In this document: in pieces, positions 63,601-64,000 of the stretch
Numbering within the stretch: position 1 is the stretch's first letter
Layout of the letters: each line of letters starts with the position of its first letter
Origin: an uncultured Verrucomicrobiae bacterium
Lineage (GTDB): Bacteria > Verrucomicrobiota > Verrucomicrobiia > Chthoniobacterales > UBA10450
Reading direction: 5' to 3'
Assembly: GCA_963815455.1 (NCBI GenBank)
Contig: CAWFGO010000002.1
Location: 640,001 to 704,000, forward strand
DNA: 64,000 nt
The notes under the pieces: model-generated
Told to the model about the DNA's origin: nothing
The model's input: the letters and a program-made list of their open reading frames with translations, nothing else
The model's database searches: none
Position numbers and translations under genes: made by a program

Positions 63601-64000
63601 TCGCGTTTGTGGCGACGCTGACCGCGTTGCTGATTATTTTTGCCGCCGGCTTTGGTTTTGTCAGTTTGTTGCCGCGCGATAACAGACGCGTGGCCACGAC
63701 GGAGTTGATTGTCCTGTCCTGGCTGCTCGGCGCGGCAACCGTCTCCCTTGCTCTCTGGCTGCTCGGAACTTTCCTGCACGGCATTTCACTGCAGATCGCG
63801 GTAACGATCGTTTCGCTTGCGCTTGCTCTTTGCGGCATTGTGCGGCGGCCGAAAAACGAATTATCGATTCGAATTCCATGGCCCCGAGGCTTCCTTGAGT
63901 GGCTCCTCGCCATTGCGCTCGGCTTGGAAATCGCGCTCGTCGTTGTCGTCACATTCAAACACACGCTTGGCTGGGATGGGATTCTGGTCTGGGAGATGAA
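63597..64000 (+). CDS. Multi-TM protein, possibly GT-C fold; truncated by window end
   Basis: MIAFVATLTALLIIFAAGFG...LGWDGILVWEM, open to the edge. Confidence 0.6.
   Translation, partial: MIAFVATLTALLIIFAAGFGFVSLLPRDNRRVATTELIVLSWLLGAATVSLALWLLGTFLHGISLQIAVTIVSLALALCGIVRRPKNELSIRIPWPRGFLEWLLAIALGLEIALVVVVTFKHTLGWDGILVWEM

Overview
Bacterial chromosomal window of moderately high GC. Protein style and repeat families suggest a soil Verrucomicrobium of the Chthoniobacterales type (inference). Many genes, including gcvP, carry scattered 1-nt frameshifts that look like long-read consensus errors. Left arm (minus strand): dsbA-like, VKOR, a ~3.7 kb insert (passenger-like protein plus Kelch/dockerin protein), a CusR/HprR-like regulator and sensor kinase, a TonB-dependent receptor, two exported proteins, then a selenium block the ORF track misses: a CxxU SelW/Rdx selenoprotein, tRNA-Sec and a Sec-containing SelD. 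Middle: ileS-lspA, an orphan Rhs toxin/immunity pair, a CCA-type nucleotidyltransferase, an atypical glgA, a putative type II R-M pair, gcvP, threonine ammonia-lyase and a PAS hybrid kinase. Right: a ~28 kb Wzx/Wzy exopolysaccharide cluster with an embedded RAYT transposase and its REPs. Highlights: two hidden UGA-recoded genes with similar SECIS-like hairpins; paired CATTACA-N4-TGTAATG boxes defining a local regulon; a synonymous-only duplication of the regulator's 5' end bracketing the insert; REP palindromes and heptamer arrays translated in frame inside housekeeping proteins (four in IleS); and a heptamer array that sets the Rhs reading frame.
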